A stretch of 64,000 nucleotides of DNA, taken from contig JAYWIR010000001.1 of assembly GCA_036172245.1 (NCBI GenBank), positions 12,090,001 to 12,154,000 on the forward strand. The letters are read 5' to 3'. Position numbers and translations under genes: made by a program. Positions 62,760 through 64,000 of the stretch are shown one piece after another (the stretch's first letter is position 1; each line of letters opens with the position of its first letter). This DNA comes from Raillietiella orientalis. Lineage: Eukaryota. The notes below the pieces were generated by a model. That model was not told the DNA's origin. It searched no databases and saw nothing but the letters and a program-made list of their open reading frames with translations.

Positions 62760-64000
62760 ACAGCCGCTAATATTTTCCACAAGGCTGCTGGTGAAAATCG
62801 CTGCGCCAAAAGTTTGTTGGCTGGATGAGAGATAGTGCTTGCGTTCTACCAAGAAACCGTTGCGATTTCCAAGCAGAGGTGGTGTCGCCTCCAGCGTCGC
62901 TCTCGTGTTCTCTGAGGTAGGTGAAGCCAGTCTCCTCGACCTGTTGAGACCACGTTCCGAGACTCACCACCGCACGGAATTCGGACTTCAAGACCACCAA
63001 TTCGCTCTCCAGCTTGTTGCACTGGGGGACTTCTACCACGATTGTAGTAATGTTCTCCTGGACACCGCAGATGCAGCGCTGGAGTTGCTCATGTTTCTCA
63101 CTCTTCGTTCCAATTCAAACTTCATCACGTAGCTGAGCCAGATCCTCGACGATCTGCAAGGTTTCCTGCCTCTCCGGTGTGGGTTCCACCACTTTCATTT
63201 TGGGGTCCTCGGCGGTTTCCACCTTTATCCGGAGGATTGCTGCCCTTGCGGGTGCATCCTCCTTTTTCTCTTCTTCCGCCTGACTTCCTGGAAGCCGTCT
63301 TCCGGAATCGGTGCGGCTTCCTTCACACTCTCCGTCTTCTCCGCCAGCTTCTTCGGCTTTTCAGCCTCCTTGCGTGTTATCTCTGCAAGCGAGAGAGCTC
63401 AGATATTCCGCACCAGAACGCGTATGTTTTACAAGTCCACTTGGGGCGGCGAGAGTGCTTGCTAAAGAATATGATTTCGCCTGAGGGTACTCTCGGACCA
63501 GGTGTCCCTGTTTGCGGCATCGGTGGCTACATACTATGGAACGCATCGCCACACGATGCCTGAACATCTTACATTCGGTGCAGAAGGCTCCGTACAGGCG
63601 ATTGGCTCTACCGAACGAGAACTTCCTGCGACTGAACATCAATGACGGGAACTCAGGGAAGTTGGGCACCTTCCGCTAGAGTCATTTTGGCGACGCCCTT
63701 GCCGGAGAAAACTTTGCCTAGATTCTTGCGAAATTCTACTTGTTAAATTTCGCCGAACTTGGCAAGATATCTCCATACATCTTGTTGAGCTCAGCCGGAT
63801 ATTCCCGCGACGAGCGCAGTAGTGATAGATACCTGGCAACATTCTGCTCTTAATGTTGATGACCCTCTCGATCAGGGCATCCGCGAGGATTTCGTGTGGA
63901 TGCTGAAACCACTGGCACAGGGGATGATCTCCTTAGCTCTGTCTAAGTTTACGTTCGCCTCATATAAGGCGAAGAAAACGAAGAGGATGTTGTGGAGTCG
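62760..64000 (-). mobile_element. Gag-like/ORF1 remnant with two zinc knuckles, runs off the window
   Basis: FCTECKMFRH...HRCRKQGHLVREYP (63361-63669) followed by basic and coiled-coil-like segments. Confidence 0.55.

Overview
Eukaryotic DNA, very probably arthropod (it carries a takeout/JHBP-family gene), mostly a graveyard of decayed retroelements. From left to right: (1) an apparently perfect 1,221-bp inverted repeat (567-1787 / 2177-3397, 389-bp spacer) ending about 100 bp upstream of (2) an intact five-exon takeout/juvenile-hormone-binding-protein family gene (+, 3564-6242, 253 aa, with TATA, Kozak and polyA signals); (3) about 43 kb of nested, frameshifted non-LTR elements (many copies of one L1/Tx1-like family sharing a conserved 3'-terminal hairpin, plus RTE-like remnants) and LTR-element scraps, mostly on the minus strand; (4) an ~8.45-kb array of ~30 copies of a 278-bp satellite with an incipient 6-mer higher-order repeat; (5) an intron-containing rad1 (9-1-1 checkpoint clamp) pseudogene with two in-frame stops and a broken acceptor; (6) further retroelement remnants. 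GC content falls steeply from left to right. No rRNA, tRNA or CRISPR array was recognised. Boundaries of decayed elements are approximate and family calls come from motif recognition by eye, not searches.
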